The notes beneath the pieces were generated by a model. That model ran no database searches. It had not been told where the DNA came from and saw nothing but the letters and a program-made list of their open reading frames with translations. Shown here piece after piece: positions 47,295 to 57,137 of a stretch of 64,000 nt of DNA (the first letter of the stretch is position 1; each line of letters starts with the position of its first letter). Made by a program: the position numbers and the translations under genes. The DNA comes from an uncultured Gemmatimonadales bacterium (GTDB lineage Bacteria; Gemmatimonadota; Gemmatimonadetes; Gemmatimonadales; Gemmatimonadaceae), in NCBI GenBank assembly GCA_963851265.1, contig CAWKNZ010000007.1:224001-288000 (forward strand), given 5' to 3'.

Positions 47295-50192
47295 ATGCGC
47301 ATCCTCGAGCAGTCCGTCTACGTGGGCCCCAACCACTACGCCCACTTCCCCGTGATCCGCCTCGCGCTCGACCTCGGCGTGTTCGAGGCGTGGCCGTCGG
47401 CGCGACTCGGGCCCGCGTTCACCGACGCGCTGCTCGCGGCGATCCCCACGCTCGCCGAGCACGGCTGCTCGTACGGCGTGCCGGGCGGGTTCGTGCGGCG
47501 GCTGACGGAGGACGAGGGCACGTGGATGGGGCACGTGCTCGAGCACGTCGCGATCGAGTTGCAGAACATCGCGGGGGAGCGGGTGTCGTTCGGGAAGACG
47601 CGCTCGATCGCGGGGCAGGTGGGCGTGTACGACGTCGTGTACGAGTACGAGCAGCGCGACGTCGGCACCGAGGCCGGACAGCTCGCGCTCGACCTGCTGC
47701 ACGCGCTCGCGGTGCCGTTGCTGCCCGACGCCGAGCGCCCGCCCGAGGCCGCCGCGGCGGCGACGTTCGACTGGACGGAGCGGCGCGACGCGTTCATCCG
47801 CTACGCGCAGCGCCGCGCGCTGGGCCCGAGCACGGCGGCGATCGTCCACGCGGCCGAGCGGCGCGGGATTCCGTGGATCCGGCTCAACGCGCAATCGCTC
47901 GTGCAGCTGGGGTATGGGCGCAACCAGCAGCGCATCCAGGCGACGGTGACGGGGCGCACGCCGCACATCGCCGTCGAGATCGCGAGCGACAAGGAGGAGA
48001 CCAACACGCTGCTGGCGAACCTCGGGCTGCCGGTGCCGCGGCAGGCGCTGGTGTACGACGCGGACGAGGCGGCGGACGAGGCCGCGCGGATCGGATACCC
48101 GGTCGTGGTGAAGCCGTACAACGGCAACCACGGGCGGGGCGTGTCGGTTGGGCTGACGACGGCCGACGGCGTGCGCGGGGCATTCGCGCTCGCTGCCGAG
48201 CACTCGACTGCGGTGCTCGTCGAGACGTTCATCGCCGGGGACGACCACCGCATGCTCGTGGTCGACGGCGCGCTCGTCGCGGTGAGCAAGCGCGTGCCGG
48301 GGCACGTCGTCGGCGACGGCGCGCACACCGTGGCCGAACTCGTGGCGGCCGTGAACGCCGACCCGCGCCGCGGGATCGGGCACGAGAAGGTGCTGACGCA
48401 GCTGCGGCTCGACGAGCAGGCGTTAGGCCTGCTCGCCGCGCGCGGGTGGACCCCCGAGACGGTGCCGCCCGCGGGCGAGCCGGTGATGCTGCGGCGCACG
48501 GCCAACCTTTCGACGGGCGGGACCGCGGAGGACGTCACGGACGTGGTGCACCCCGACAACGCGGAGATGGCCGTGCGCGCCATTCAGGCCGTGGGGCTGG
48601 ACGTGGGGGGAGTCGACTTCCTCACGCCCGACATCACGTGCTCCTACAAGGACGCCGGCGGCGCGATCTGCGAGGTGAACGCGGCGCCGGGTTTCCGGAT
48701 GCACATGGCGCCGAGCGCGGGCAAGCCGCGCGACGTGGCGGCGCGCGTGATCGACATGCTGTTTCCGCCCGCGCGCCCCGCGACGATCCCGATCGCGGCC
48801 GTGACGGGGACCAACGGCAAGACCACGACGGCGCGCATGCTCGCGCACATCCACAAGCTCGCCGGGCGGCGCGTTGGGCTCACGACCACGGACGGCGTCT
48901 ACATCGACGGGCAGCGCACCGTCGAGGGCGACATGACCGGGCCGACGTCGGCGCGCATCGTGCTCGGCGACCCGTCGGTGGACGTCGCGGTGCTGGAGAC
49001 GGCGCGCGGCGGCCTGCTGCGCTCGGGGATGGCGATGCGACGCGTCGACGTCGGCGCCGTGCTCAACGTGCAGCCCGACCACCTGGGCCAGCGCGGCGTC
49101 GAGACACTCGAGCAGCTGGCGCTCGTGAAGCGCACCGTGGTCGAGATCGCGACCGACACCGCGGTGCTCAACGCCGACGACCCGCTCACGGTGCGCATGG
49201 CGGCGCACACCGACGCCACGCACGTGTGCTACGTGACGATGGACGCGGGGAACGTGCTCGTCGGCGAGCACATCCGCGCCGGCGGCCGCGCCGTCGCGCT
49301 CGAAACGGGCGTGAACGGGCAGATGATCACGATCTACGATCACGGCGCGCACATCCCGCTCCTGTGGACGCACCTGATTCCCGCGGCGCTCGACGGGCGC
49401 GCGACGTTCAACGTGCAGAACGCGATGTTCGCCGCGGCGATGGCGTTCGCGATGGGCGTGCGGCTCGAGGACATCCGCCACGGGCTGCGCACGTTCGACA
49501 GCACGTTCTTCCAGGCGCCGGGGCGGCTCAACGTGTACGACGGACACCCGTTTCGCGTGCTGTTCGACTACGCGCACAACGCCAACGCCGTGGCGGCGCT
49601 CGTCGACACGGCGCGACGGCTGGACGTGGCGGGACGGCGGATTTTCGTGTTCTCCGCGCCCGGGGATCGCCGGGACGAGGACATCCGTGCGACCGCGCGC
49701 GCGGCGGCGGCGGGACGCTTCGACGTGTACATCTGCCGGCGCGACGACAACCCGCGCGGGCGCGCCAGTGACGAGGTGCCGCGCATGCTGGCCGACGCCC
49801 TCGTCGACGCGGGCGTCCCGCGCGAGCGGGTCGCGATCATCGTCTCGGAAGTGGCCGCGATCGATGCGGCGCTCGGGATGGCGCGCAAGGGCGACCTCGT
49901 GATGATCTGTGCCGACGTGCTCGACCGCGGGTGGCAGCAGATCGTCGACTACGGCGCGCGCGACCGGGGCAACGGCGCGGCGGCCGGGACGGCCTCGGCG
50001 GAGGGCATGCCGCCCGCGCCCGCCGTGACGGCCCCGCGCGCCGCGCCGCACGACGTCGCGCCCGCGGACGAGGCGGCACCGCCCGTTCCGAACGCGCTGG
50101 CGGTCGGGCCGCCAAACGGCGACGGCGCGACCACGCGCTACCGGCGCGACGCGCGCGGCGTGATCGTCGCGCGTGACGAGTCCGACGACTAA
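47295..50192 (+). CDS. cphA: Cyanophycin synthetase CphA1
   Basis: N domain with C...HVLEH, ATP-grasp (VVKPYNGNHGRGV, ANLSTGGT, EVNAAPG) and Mur-ligase domain (VTGTNGKTTT, LETARGG, DYAHN). Confidence 0.96.
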   Translation: MRILEQSVYVGPNHYAHFPVIRLALDLGVFEAWPSARLGPAFTDALLAAIPTLAEHGCSYGVPGGFVRRLTEDEGTWMGHVLEHVAIELQNIAGERVSFGKTRSIAGQVGVYDVVYEYEQRDVGTEAGQLALDLLHALAVPLLPDAERPPEAAAAATFDWTERRDAFIRYAQRRALGPSTAAIVHAAERRGIPWIRLNAQSLVQLGYGRNQQRIQATVTGRTPHIAVEIASDKEETNTLLANLGLPVPRQALVYDADEAADEAARIGYPVVVKPYNGNHGRGVSVGLTTADGVRGAFALAAEHSTAVLVETFIAGDDHRMLVVDGALVAVSKRVPGHVVGDGAHTVAELVAAVNADPRRGIGHEKVLTQLRLDEQALGLLAARGWTPETVPPAGEPVMLRRTANLSTGGTAEDVTDVVHPDNAEMAVRAIQAVGLDVGGVDFLTPDITCSYKDAGGAICEVNAAPGFRMHMAPSAGKPRDVAARVIDMLFPPARPATIPIAAVTGTNGKTTTARMLAHIHKLAGRRVGLTTTDGVYIDGQRTVEGDMTGPTSARIVLGDPSVDVAVLETARGGLLRSGMAMRRVDVGAVLNVQPDHLGQRGVETLEQLALVKRTVVEIATDTAVLNADDPLTVRMAAHTDATHVCYVTMDAGNVLVGEHIRAGGRAVALETGVNGQMITIYDHGAHIPLLWTHLIPAALDGRATFNVQNAMFAAAMAFAMGVRLEDIRHGLRTFDSTFFQAPGRLNVYDGHPFRVLFDYAHNANAVAALVDTARRLDVAGRRIFVFSAPGDRRDEDIRATARAAAAGRFDVYICRRDDNPRGRASDEVPRMLADALVDAGVPRERVAIIVSEVAAIDAALGMARKGDLVMICADVLDRGWQQIVDYGARDRGNGAAAGTASAEGMPPAPAVTAPRAAPHDVAPADEAAPPVPNALAVGPPNGDGATTRYRRDARGVIVARDESDD

Positions 50193-52062
50193 CGATCGTG
50201 CGGACGCGACACGCCGAGGTGGCGTTCGGGCGCCCCTCGGTGAGCGCGTGACGCCGCCGCCCGTGCCACCCCAGGCGGAAGCTCGTCGCGTGCCCGGGCC
50301 GAGCGTGTACGCGTTCGAGCCCGGTGCGGTGATCGAGGCGACGTGGCCGGCGGGCACGCCCGTCGACGTACTCGAGCGTCACGGCGCGGCGTTCCAGCGC
50401 GAGGCGCACCGGCTGCGCGAGCGGCTGGGCTGGCCGGCATCGTCCGTGGTCGAGCGGGTGAGCGCGGGCGTCGCGGGTCCGCACCTCGCGTCGTTCCTGC
50501 CCGCGCCGCCCGACCAGCTCGACGCGGCGGTGGAAGCCGCCGAGCTCGCGTGGCAGGTCGCGTCGGGAACGCCGGCGCCAGCCGCGGCCGTCGAGGCGCT
50601 CGTCACGGCGGCCGCTCGCGCGCGCGACCCGCGACTGGTCGCCCTGCTCGACGCGGCCGACCGGCGTGGGCTCGTCGCGACCGTGGACGACGACGGCGTG
50701 AGCGTCGGGGCGGGGGCGCGCGGGCGCACGTGGCCGCGCGGCGGGCTCCCCGACCCCGAGCGGGTGGAGTGGGACGCGGTCGGCAACGTGCCGCTCGCGC
50801 TCGTGACGGGCTCCAATGGCAAGACGACGGTGACGCGCCTCGCGGCCGCGATGCTGCGCGCCGCCGGACACACCGTCGGCGCGTGCACGACCGACGGCGT
50901 GCGCGTCGACGCGCCCGACGCGGCAGCTGGCGCGGTGCACGCCGAGTTGGAAGCGGGTGACTGGGCCGGCCCCGGGGGCGCGCGCCGCGTGCTGCGAGAC
51001 GCGCGCGTGACCGCGGCGGTGCTCGAGACGGCGCGCGGCGGCCTGCTGCGGCGCGGCCTCGCGGTGCGCCTCGCGACCGCCGCCGTGGTGACCAACGTCG
51101 CCGCCGACCACCTCGGCGAGTACGGGATCGAGGACGTCGACGGGGTCGCGGAGGTGAAGCTGACGGTCGCGCGCGCGCTCCGCGACGCGCGCGCGACGCT
51201 CGTCGTCTCGGCCGACGATCCGGTGCTCGCGCGGCGCGCGGCTGCGCTCGCGCGCGGCGGACCGTTCGGCGTGTGCTGGACCGCCGCGGGTGCGGCGGGC
51301 GCGGCGCTCGCGGCCGAGCTCGCGGCCGCGCCCGGCACCCGCGCGCGCGCCTGCATCACGCGCGAACGCGACGGCGTCGAGGAGATCGCGTGGTACGACG
51401 GGGCGACGTGGGCGCCGCTCGCGCGCGTGGCGGACGTGCCGCTCGCCGCGGGCGGCGCGGCGCGGCACAACGTCGCCAACGCGCTGAGCGCCGCCGCGCT
51501 GGCCTTCGCGCTAGGCGTTCCCGCGGCCGCCGTGCGGCGCGGCCTCACGACGTTCGGGGCTGGCGCGCGCGACAACCCGGGCCGGCTCGAGCGCTTCGCG
51601 CTCGGAGGCGCGACTGTCGTGGTCGACTACGCGCACAACCCCGACGGGCTCGCCGCACTCCACGCGGCCACGCGCGCGCTCCCCGCCGCGCGCCGGCTGG
51701 TGCTCCTCGGTCAGGCGGGCGACCGCGACGACGCCGCGCTCGACGCGCTCGCGGCCGCCGCGTGGGGCGACGGCGCGGTCGCCCACGTGGTCCTCAAGGA
51801 GCTGCCGACGATGGCGCGCGGGCGGGCACCGGGCGAGGTGCGCGCCCGCTTGCGGTCGGCACTCGCCCGCGCCGGCGCCCCGGCGGCGGCGGTCGACGAC
51901 GCACGGTCCGAGGTCGACGGCGTGCGGACGGCGCTCGCGTGGGCGCGCCCGGGTGACGTGCTGCTCCTTCCGCTTCACGAGGAGCGCGAGCGTGTGGTAC
52001 GCTGGATCGCGCGACTCGCGGCGTCGGGTTGGCGCGCCGGGGATCCGGTTCCCGACGACTGA
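50173..52062 (+). CDS. CphA-related Mur-ligase-domain protein lacking the ATP-grasp domain
   Basis: VTGSNGKTT, CTTDGV, LETARGGLLRRGL, NVAADHLG, NPGRLE and DYAHNPDG motifs; short degenerate CphA-like N-terminus; start uncertain. Confidence 0.85.
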   Translation: MTSPTTNDRADATRRGGVRAPLGERVTPPPVPPQAEARRVPGPSVYAFEPGAVIEATWPAGTPVDVLERHGAAFQREAHRLRERLGWPASSVVERVSAGVAGPHLASFLPAPPDQLDAAVEAAELAWQVASGTPAPAAAVEALVTAAARARDPRLVALLDAADRRGLVATVDDDGVSVGAGARGRTWPRGGLPDPERVEWDAVGNVPLALVTGSNGKTTVTRLAAAMLRAAGHTVGACTTDGVRVDAPDAAAGAVHAELEAGDWAGPGGARRVLRDARVTAAVLETARGGLLRRGLAVRLATAAVVTNVAADHLGEYGIEDVDGVAEVKLTVARALRDARATLVVSADDPVLARRAAALARGGPFGVCWTAAGAAGAALAAELAAAPGTRARACITRERDGVEEIAWYDGATWAPLARVADVPLAAGGAARHNVANALSAAALAFALGVPAAAVRRGLTTFGAGARDNPGRLERFALGGATVVVDYAHNPDGLAALHAATRALPAARRLVLLGQAGDRDDAALDALAAAAWGDGAVAHVVLKELPTMARGRAPGEVRARLRSALARAGAPAAAVDDARSEVDGVRTALAWARPGDVLLLPLHEERERVVRWIARLAASGWRAGDPVPDD

Positions 52063-52121
52063 GGTCATCCAGCGCCCGGCCCACGCCGCGGTCGAACTCG
52101 CCGGCCGCCGTCGCCGGCTCG

Positions 52122-53075
52122 TCAGCGCGACGTGCGAAGCGCCGTCGCGGCAGCCGCGTCGGTCGTCTGGGTTGCCGACGTCGGGGCAGCGGCAGCCGGT
52201 GCGGCGGGCGCGGGCGCGTTCGGCACGGCGGTCGTCGCGTGCGCCGCTGCGGGCGCCTTCGGCCGGAGCACGACGTAGAGCCCGAGTCCGAGGGCGAGCA
52301 GGACGACGAGATTGATGGCGGCGACGACCGCGAACGGGATCGGGGGTTTCGGGTTCGCGGCGGCGAGCGCCGGCCGAGGCGCCGGCGAATCGTCGCGCCG
52401 CGTGGGGGGTGTCTGCCGGGACGTGCGCGGCGCGCGGCGGCGGGCAGCCGAGGCTGGGGCGGAGCGCGCGGCGCCCGCCGGCCTGGCGGCGAACACGCCC
52501 GTCGCGTCCGACGCCGCGCCGGACGGGGCCGGCAGGCCGGGCAGTGGGAAAGCCTCGGCGAACGGCAGGTGCGCCGGTGACGTCTCGAGATTCAACCGCC
52601 CGCCGGAGAGGTACAGACGCGTGAATCCTCCCGACGCTCCGTCGCCGCCGACGGTGAACTCCACGGCCTGCGGCGGGTCCGCGTCGGCGTCCAGGTCGAG
52701 CGTATCGGCCGTGGGCGATTCGGCGGTGATCGCCGTGGCGTCGCGCGGGGCGGTGCCGGACGCGGCGTTCGCGTCGTCGCCGGCGCGCTCGGCCACCCAC
52801 GCCGGAAACGAGTGCAGGCCGCCCAGGTACTCGGTGACGACGGCGTACCCGGTCGGCAGCGTCGCCGTCTCGAGTACGCGCGCCCTTTCGGCGTCGGCCA
52901 GGCGTGTCACGCTGCGGCTCAGCGCGTCGACGAAGGCGGGGCTCGCGTCCTCCACCACGTGGACCATCACCGAGCGCCCGGTCGTGACCTCCTGCGCGTC
53001 GTGCGTGCGGACGCCGTCGGCGCGCGCCACGACCGTGAGCAGGCGATAGCGGCGGTCAAAGTCGTGGCTGGACAT
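52122..53075 (-). CDS. Hypothetical membrane-anchored protein with Ser/Thr-kinase N-lobe-like start
   Basis: RYRLL...TGRSVMVHVV...YAVVTEY; low-complexity linker; single C-terminal TM helix. Confidence 0.6.
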   Translation of the reverse strand: MSSHDFDRRYRLLTVVARADGVRTHDAQEVTTGRSVMVHVVEDASPAFVDALSRSVTRLADAERARVLETATLPTGYAVVTEYLGGLHSFPAWVAERAGDDANAASGTAPRDATAITAESPTADTLDLDADADPPQAVEFTVGGDGASGGFTRLYLSGGRLNLETSPAHLPFAEAFPLPGLPAPSGAASDATGVFAARPAGAARSAPASAARRRAPRTSRQTPPTRRDDSPAPRPALAAANPKPPIPFAVVAAINLVVLLALGLGLYVVLRPKAPAAAHATTAVPNAPAPAAPAAAAPTSATQTTDAAAATALRTSR

Positions 53076-53389
53076 GGGCGGCGGGGCGAAAGCCGGAGCA
53101 GCGGGCGAACCGCGGGGTGTATTGTTCACCGGGGGCGGATCGCACGCAACGCGCCGCTCGACGCGCCCGGCTGCCCCCGCCCCGACATGGGAAACGCGAC
53201 GACGTCGTCCCGCCGTCCGCTGTCCGGGCGCGACGTCCCAACGCTGGCCCACGGTTCACACGCGAACCCGGCCGCGATCGAATCGACTGCGGGGTGCGCT
53301 CGGCTCTGACGCTGCACGCGTCTTGCCACTACGCACGGCGTCCACAACGCCCATCTCACCGCGCCCATCCGGCGCAGGAGCGCTCCCCC

Positions 53390-53779
53390 ATGCCCGTCCG
53401 TAGCCGCCTCGGCGGCGTGACTACCGTCCTCGCCCTCTCCGGCCTGGCACTCGCCGCCTGCGGGCGAGGCGACAACCAGGCGGCCGACCGCAACGGCGCC
53501 GACACGACGAGCGCCGACAAGGCCGCGCTCACCGCGGCACCGGTCGGCTCGATGAAGCCGCAGATGGACAGCGGACTCGCCGCGGGCAAGTCGCGCCTCG
53601 ACTCGCTGCACGCGGCCGGCGTGACGACGAAGAACGGCCTCGACAGTGTCGGGAGCAAGGTGCAGGCGACCACCGCCAACGAGCCGGCGCACGACACGTC
53701 GCGGATCAACAACCGCGCGACGCCCGGTGCGGGTCCGGCGGCTCCGGCGGGGACGGCCCCGGGCTCGGGTCGGCCGTAG
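53390..53779 (+). CDS. Small hypothetical lipoprotein
   Basis: RBS AGGAG; lipobox LAAC; low-complexity mature part. Confidence 0.75.
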   Translation: MPVRSRLGGVTTVLALSGLALAACGRGDNQAADRNGADTTSADKAALTAAPVGSMKPQMDSGLAAGKSRLDSLHAAGVTTKNGLDSVGSKVQATTANEPAHDTSRINNRATPGAGPAAPAGTAPGSGRP

Positions 53780-53880
53780 CGCGCGCCCCGACCCGGGTGG
53801 AGCCGCCGTGCGCGGCGGCCCGGCCGGGGGGAACGCGTCGCAGGACGCAGGTACGACCCACACAGCGAAGTAGAACGCAG

Positions 53881-53914
53881 CAGGCGACGGATCGGCCGAT
53901 CCGTCGCCTGTTTT
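53881..53914 (+). terminator. Intrinsic terminator
   Basis: Perfect 30-bp palindrome CAGGCGACGGATCGGCCGATCCGTCGCCTG followed by TTTT. Confidence 0.75.
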
Positions 53915-53965
53915 CGCGCCGGTTAACTTCTCGGGCTCGCCACCCGCCGCCCATTTCCGCGTCCC

Positions 53966-55249
53966 ATGCCGTCCGCGCCACCCCCTCGTTTTCGTTTACC
54001 GTCCGCAGCCGCACTCGCCCTCGTCGTCGGACTCACCGCAGGCGTCGCCGTCGCGTGCGCGCGTGAGGCCACGCAGCAGGGTGCCGCGACCGGCACCGCC
54101 CCGGTCGCTACCGCGGGAACCGTCGCCGCAACCGAATCCGGCCCCGCTGCGCGAGGCGATTCGACGGCGCGCACCGGCGTCCCGCTAGGGCGCGACAGCG
54201 CGACCGGTGACGCGAATACGATGGCGACGGCGCCGAGTACCGCGGCCGGGCCGACGCTGCCGATGAAGGGGATCCCGACGCCCAGCCCGGTCGTCGGCGC
54301 GAACAGCGCGGCCGCGCTCGCGGTCGTCCCGGTCGGGCCCAACGGTCCGCAGCTCGCCCCCGGGCGCGGCAAGCAGGACGCCGAGTCGTTCGGCGCGACG
54401 ATCCGCACCGGCACCAAGCAGCTCGCCGTGTGGCCCAAGGCCCCGTCGACGTTGTCCGGCTCGCTCCTGCCCAACAAGCGGATCGTGGCCTTCTACGGCA
54501 ACCCGCACTCGAAGAAGATGGGCGTGCTCGGCGAGTACCCGAGCGATCAGATGCTCGCCATGCTCGACCACGAGGTCGCGCGCTGGAAGGCGGCGGACCC
54601 CAAGACGCCGGTGCAGCCCGCGCTGCATCTGGTCACCGTCGTCGCGCAGGGCGCGCCCGGCGCCGACGGCGGCTGGCGCCGACGCGAGGACTCGGCGCAG
54701 ATCGAGAAGGTGTACCAGTGGGCCAAGAGCCGGAACGGCATCCTGTTCCTCGACATCCAGGCCGGGCACAGCACGCTGCAGGCCGAACTGCCGCGCCTGC
54801 TGCCCTGGCTGGCCCGACCGGACGTGCACCTCGGGATCGACCCCGAGTTCTACATGCACTACGACAAGGAGGGCGTGCGGCCGAGCGCGAAGATCGGCAC
54901 GATGATGGCGTCGGACGTGAACTACGTCGTGCGCACGCTCGACAAGCTCGTCGCCGACAAGGGCATCCCGCCGAAGGTGCTCGTCGTGCACCGCTTCACG
55001 AAGCGCATGGTGCCCGACGCGGAGAACATCCGCCCGACCTCGCGCGTGCAGGTCGTGATGCACATGGACGGCTGGGGCCCGCCGTGGCTCAAGTTCGATT
55101 CGTACCGCGACTATGTGGTGTCGCACCCGGTGCAGTACACCGGCTTCAAGCTGTTCTTCCACAACGACACTAAGAAGGGTGACGCGCTGCTCACGCCGAA
55201 GGAGCTGATCCAGCTGCGCCCGACGCTGTCGTACATCCAGTACCAGTAG
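53966..55249 (+). CDS. Hypothetical lipoprotein with a globular C-terminal domain
   Basis: Lipobox AVAC; Ala/Thr-rich linker; RIVAFYGNP, FLDIQ, HLGIDPEF, MDGWG and GFKLFF motifs. Confidence 0.8.
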   Translation: MPSAPPPRFRLPSAAALALVVGLTAGVAVACAREATQQGAATGTAPVATAGTVAATESGPAARGDSTARTGVPLGRDSATGDANTMATAPSTAAGPTLPMKGIPTPSPVVGANSAAALAVVPVGPNGPQLAPGRGKQDAESFGATIRTGTKQLAVWPKAPSTLSGSLLPNKRIVAFYGNPHSKKMGVLGEYPSDQMLAMLDHEVARWKAADPKTPVQPALHLVTVVAQGAPGADGGWRRREDSAQIEKVYQWAKSRNGILFLDIQAGHSTLQAELPRLLPWLARPDVHLGIDPEFYMHYDKEGVRPSAKIGTMMASDVNYVVRTLDKLVADKGIPPKVLVVHRFTKRMVPDAENIRPTSRVQVVMHMDGWGPPWLKFDSYRDYVVSHPVQYTGFKLFFHNDTKKGDALLTPKELIQLRPTLSYIQYQ

Positions 55250-55340
55250 CGCGGCGCGTGGGCGCGGGCCGGCCGGGCGTGGTCGACGTCACGGCGGCCC
55301 GCGCCGGCGGGGGCGCCGGCGGGCGCGTTAGGTTGCCGGC

Positions 55341-56366
55341 ATGACCGACGCCTCCCAGCTTCCCCGGTTTCCCTATCCGCGCGTCCTCGTCACCGGCGGC
55401 GCGGGGTTCATCGGCTCGGCCCTCATCTGGGCGCTCAACCGGCGCGGCATCGAGCGCATCGTCGTCGCCGACCGACTCGGCACCGACGGCAAGTGGCGGA
55501 ACCTCGCCCCGCTCGCCTTCGAGGACTACCTCGAGGCCGACGACCTGCTCCCGCGCCTAGAACGCCACGCGCTCGGCCGCTTCGACTGCGTGCTGCACAT
55601 GGGGGCGTGCTCCGCGACCACGGAGCCGGACGCCTCGTACCTCGCCCGCAACAACTTCGAGTTCACCAAGCAGCTCGGCGAGTGGGCGTTGGGCCGCGGC
55701 GCGCGGTTCGTCTACGCGTCGAGCGCGGCCACCTACGGCGACGGCGCGCAGGGGATGGACGACGTCGACGACGCGCCCGACGAGCTGCAGCGGCTCCGGC
55801 CCCTCAACGCCTACGGCTACAGCAAGCAGCTCTTCGACCTGTGGGCCGCGCGCCGCGGCGTGCTGGGGCGCATCGTGGGGTGCAAGTTCTTCAACGTCTT
55901 CGGGCCCAACGAGGACCACAAGGGCGAGATGCGCTCGCTCGTCCACAAGGCGTACGGCCAGGTGCGCGAGACGGGAAGCGTGCGGCTTTTCCGGTCCCAC
56001 CGCCCCGACTACCGCGACGGCGAACAGCGGCGCGACTTCCTCTACGTCAAGGACTGCGTCGAGATGACGCTCCACCTCGCCGCGCACCGCGACGCGGGCG
56101 GCGTCTACAACCTCGGCTCGGGCGTCGCGAACACGTGGCTCGACCTCGCGGGCGCCCTCTTCGCCGCGATGGGACGCCCGCCCGCGATCGAATTCGTCGA
56201 CATGCCCGAATCGATCCGCGACAAGTACCAGTACCACACGCGGGCCGACATCGGAAAGCTGCGCGCGACCGGGTACGACGCGCCGGTCACCCCGCTCGCC
56301 GACGCGGTGCGCGACTACGTCGCCGGCTACCTCGCCCACGACCGCCGGCTCGGCGACGACGTGTAG
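55341..56366 (+). CDS. hldD: ADP-L-glycero-D-manno-heptose 6-epimerase
   Basis: VTGGAGFIGS, HMGACSATTE, YASSAATYG, PLNAYGYSK, FNVFGPNEDHKG and KYQYHTRAD motifs. Confidence 0.93.
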   Translation: MTDASQLPRFPYPRVLVTGGAGFIGSALIWALNRRGIERIVVADRLGTDGKWRNLAPLAFEDYLEADDLLPRLERHALGRFDCVLHMGACSATTEPDASYLARNNFEFTKQLGEWALGRGARFVYASSAATYGDGAQGMDDVDDAPDELQRLRPLNAYGYSKQLFDLWAARRGVLGRIVGCKFFNVFGPNEDHKGEMRSLVHKAYGQVRETGSVRLFRSHRPDYRDGEQRRDFLYVKDCVEMTLHLAAHRDAGGVYNLGSGVANTWLDLAGALFAAMGRPPAIEFVDMPESIRDKYQYHTRADIGKLRATGYDAPVTPLADAVRDYVAGYLAHDRRLGDDV

Positions 56367-56387
56367 CCGCGCGGCCCGACGAACGGC

Positions 56388-57137
56388 CTAACGATCCGGC
56401 GTCGCGTCGAGAACCTCGGCGCGCTCGGCCGAGAGCGTCAGCTCCTCCGTCGCGCCAGCCGCGTGCGCCGCGTGCGCGCGCGACCGCGCGAGCTGCCCGC
56501 GCGCCGCGGCGAGCTTCGCGTCGAGCACGCGCACGCGGTCGTCGGCGCGCGCGACCTCGAACCCCGCGGCGAGCTTCCTCTGGTCGAGCGCCCGGAGTTC
56601 GGTGAGGTGGCGCGCGGCGTCGTTGCGGTCGGCCTCCAGCTGCACGACGTCGGCCGCCTGGGAGGCGACGAGCGCCTCGAGATCGTCACCGCCCGCGGCA
56701 CCGACGATGCGCTGGCCCACGACCGTCACGCCCGCGAGCTGCACCCGCAGCGCGGGGCCGACGCCCGCCGGCACCTCGACCACCACGACCGGCAGTCTCC
56801 GCCCCGCGACCCGCGCGCGCGACATCGACGCGGCGCCCGCGGCCGTTCCGGACTCGACGGCGCGCGTGATCCGCAGCTCCGCCGCGGCCGAACGCGGCGC
56901 AGCGGCGCGCGTGCCGGGCGCCGAACTCGTTAGGCGAAGGTCCATCGCCCACGCGCAAAACCCGGCGGCGGCGCGCGCCGAATCGCTCGCCTCCGTCTCG
57001 GTCACCGTGACGAACACCGCGCCCGCGGGCGCACCCGAGCCCGGCGCGCACGGCGCGGCGTCGCGCGCGGCCAGCGCCGGGACCGTGTCGCGCCGACCGA
57101 CGGCCGCGGCGAGAAGCAGGGAAGCCGCAATCCACAT
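56388..57137 (-). CDS. Exported hypothetical protein with Hcp-like segments and a coiled-coil insert
   Basis: Signal peptide; LRITRAVE, GRRLPVVVVEV, LRVQLAGVTV and TEELTLSAERAEV. Confidence 0.55.
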   Translation of the reverse strand: MWIAASLLLAAAVGRRDTVPALAARDAAPCAPGSGAPAGAVFVTVTETEASDSARAAAGFCAWAMDLRLTSSAPGTRAAAPRSAAAELRITRAVESGTAAGAASMSRARVAGRRLPVVVVEVPAGVGPALRVQLAGVTVVGQRIVGAAGGDDLEALVASQAADVVQLEADRNDAARHLTELRALDQRKLAAGFEVARADDRVRVLDAKLAAARGQLARSRAHAAHAAGATEELTLSAERAEVLDATPDR

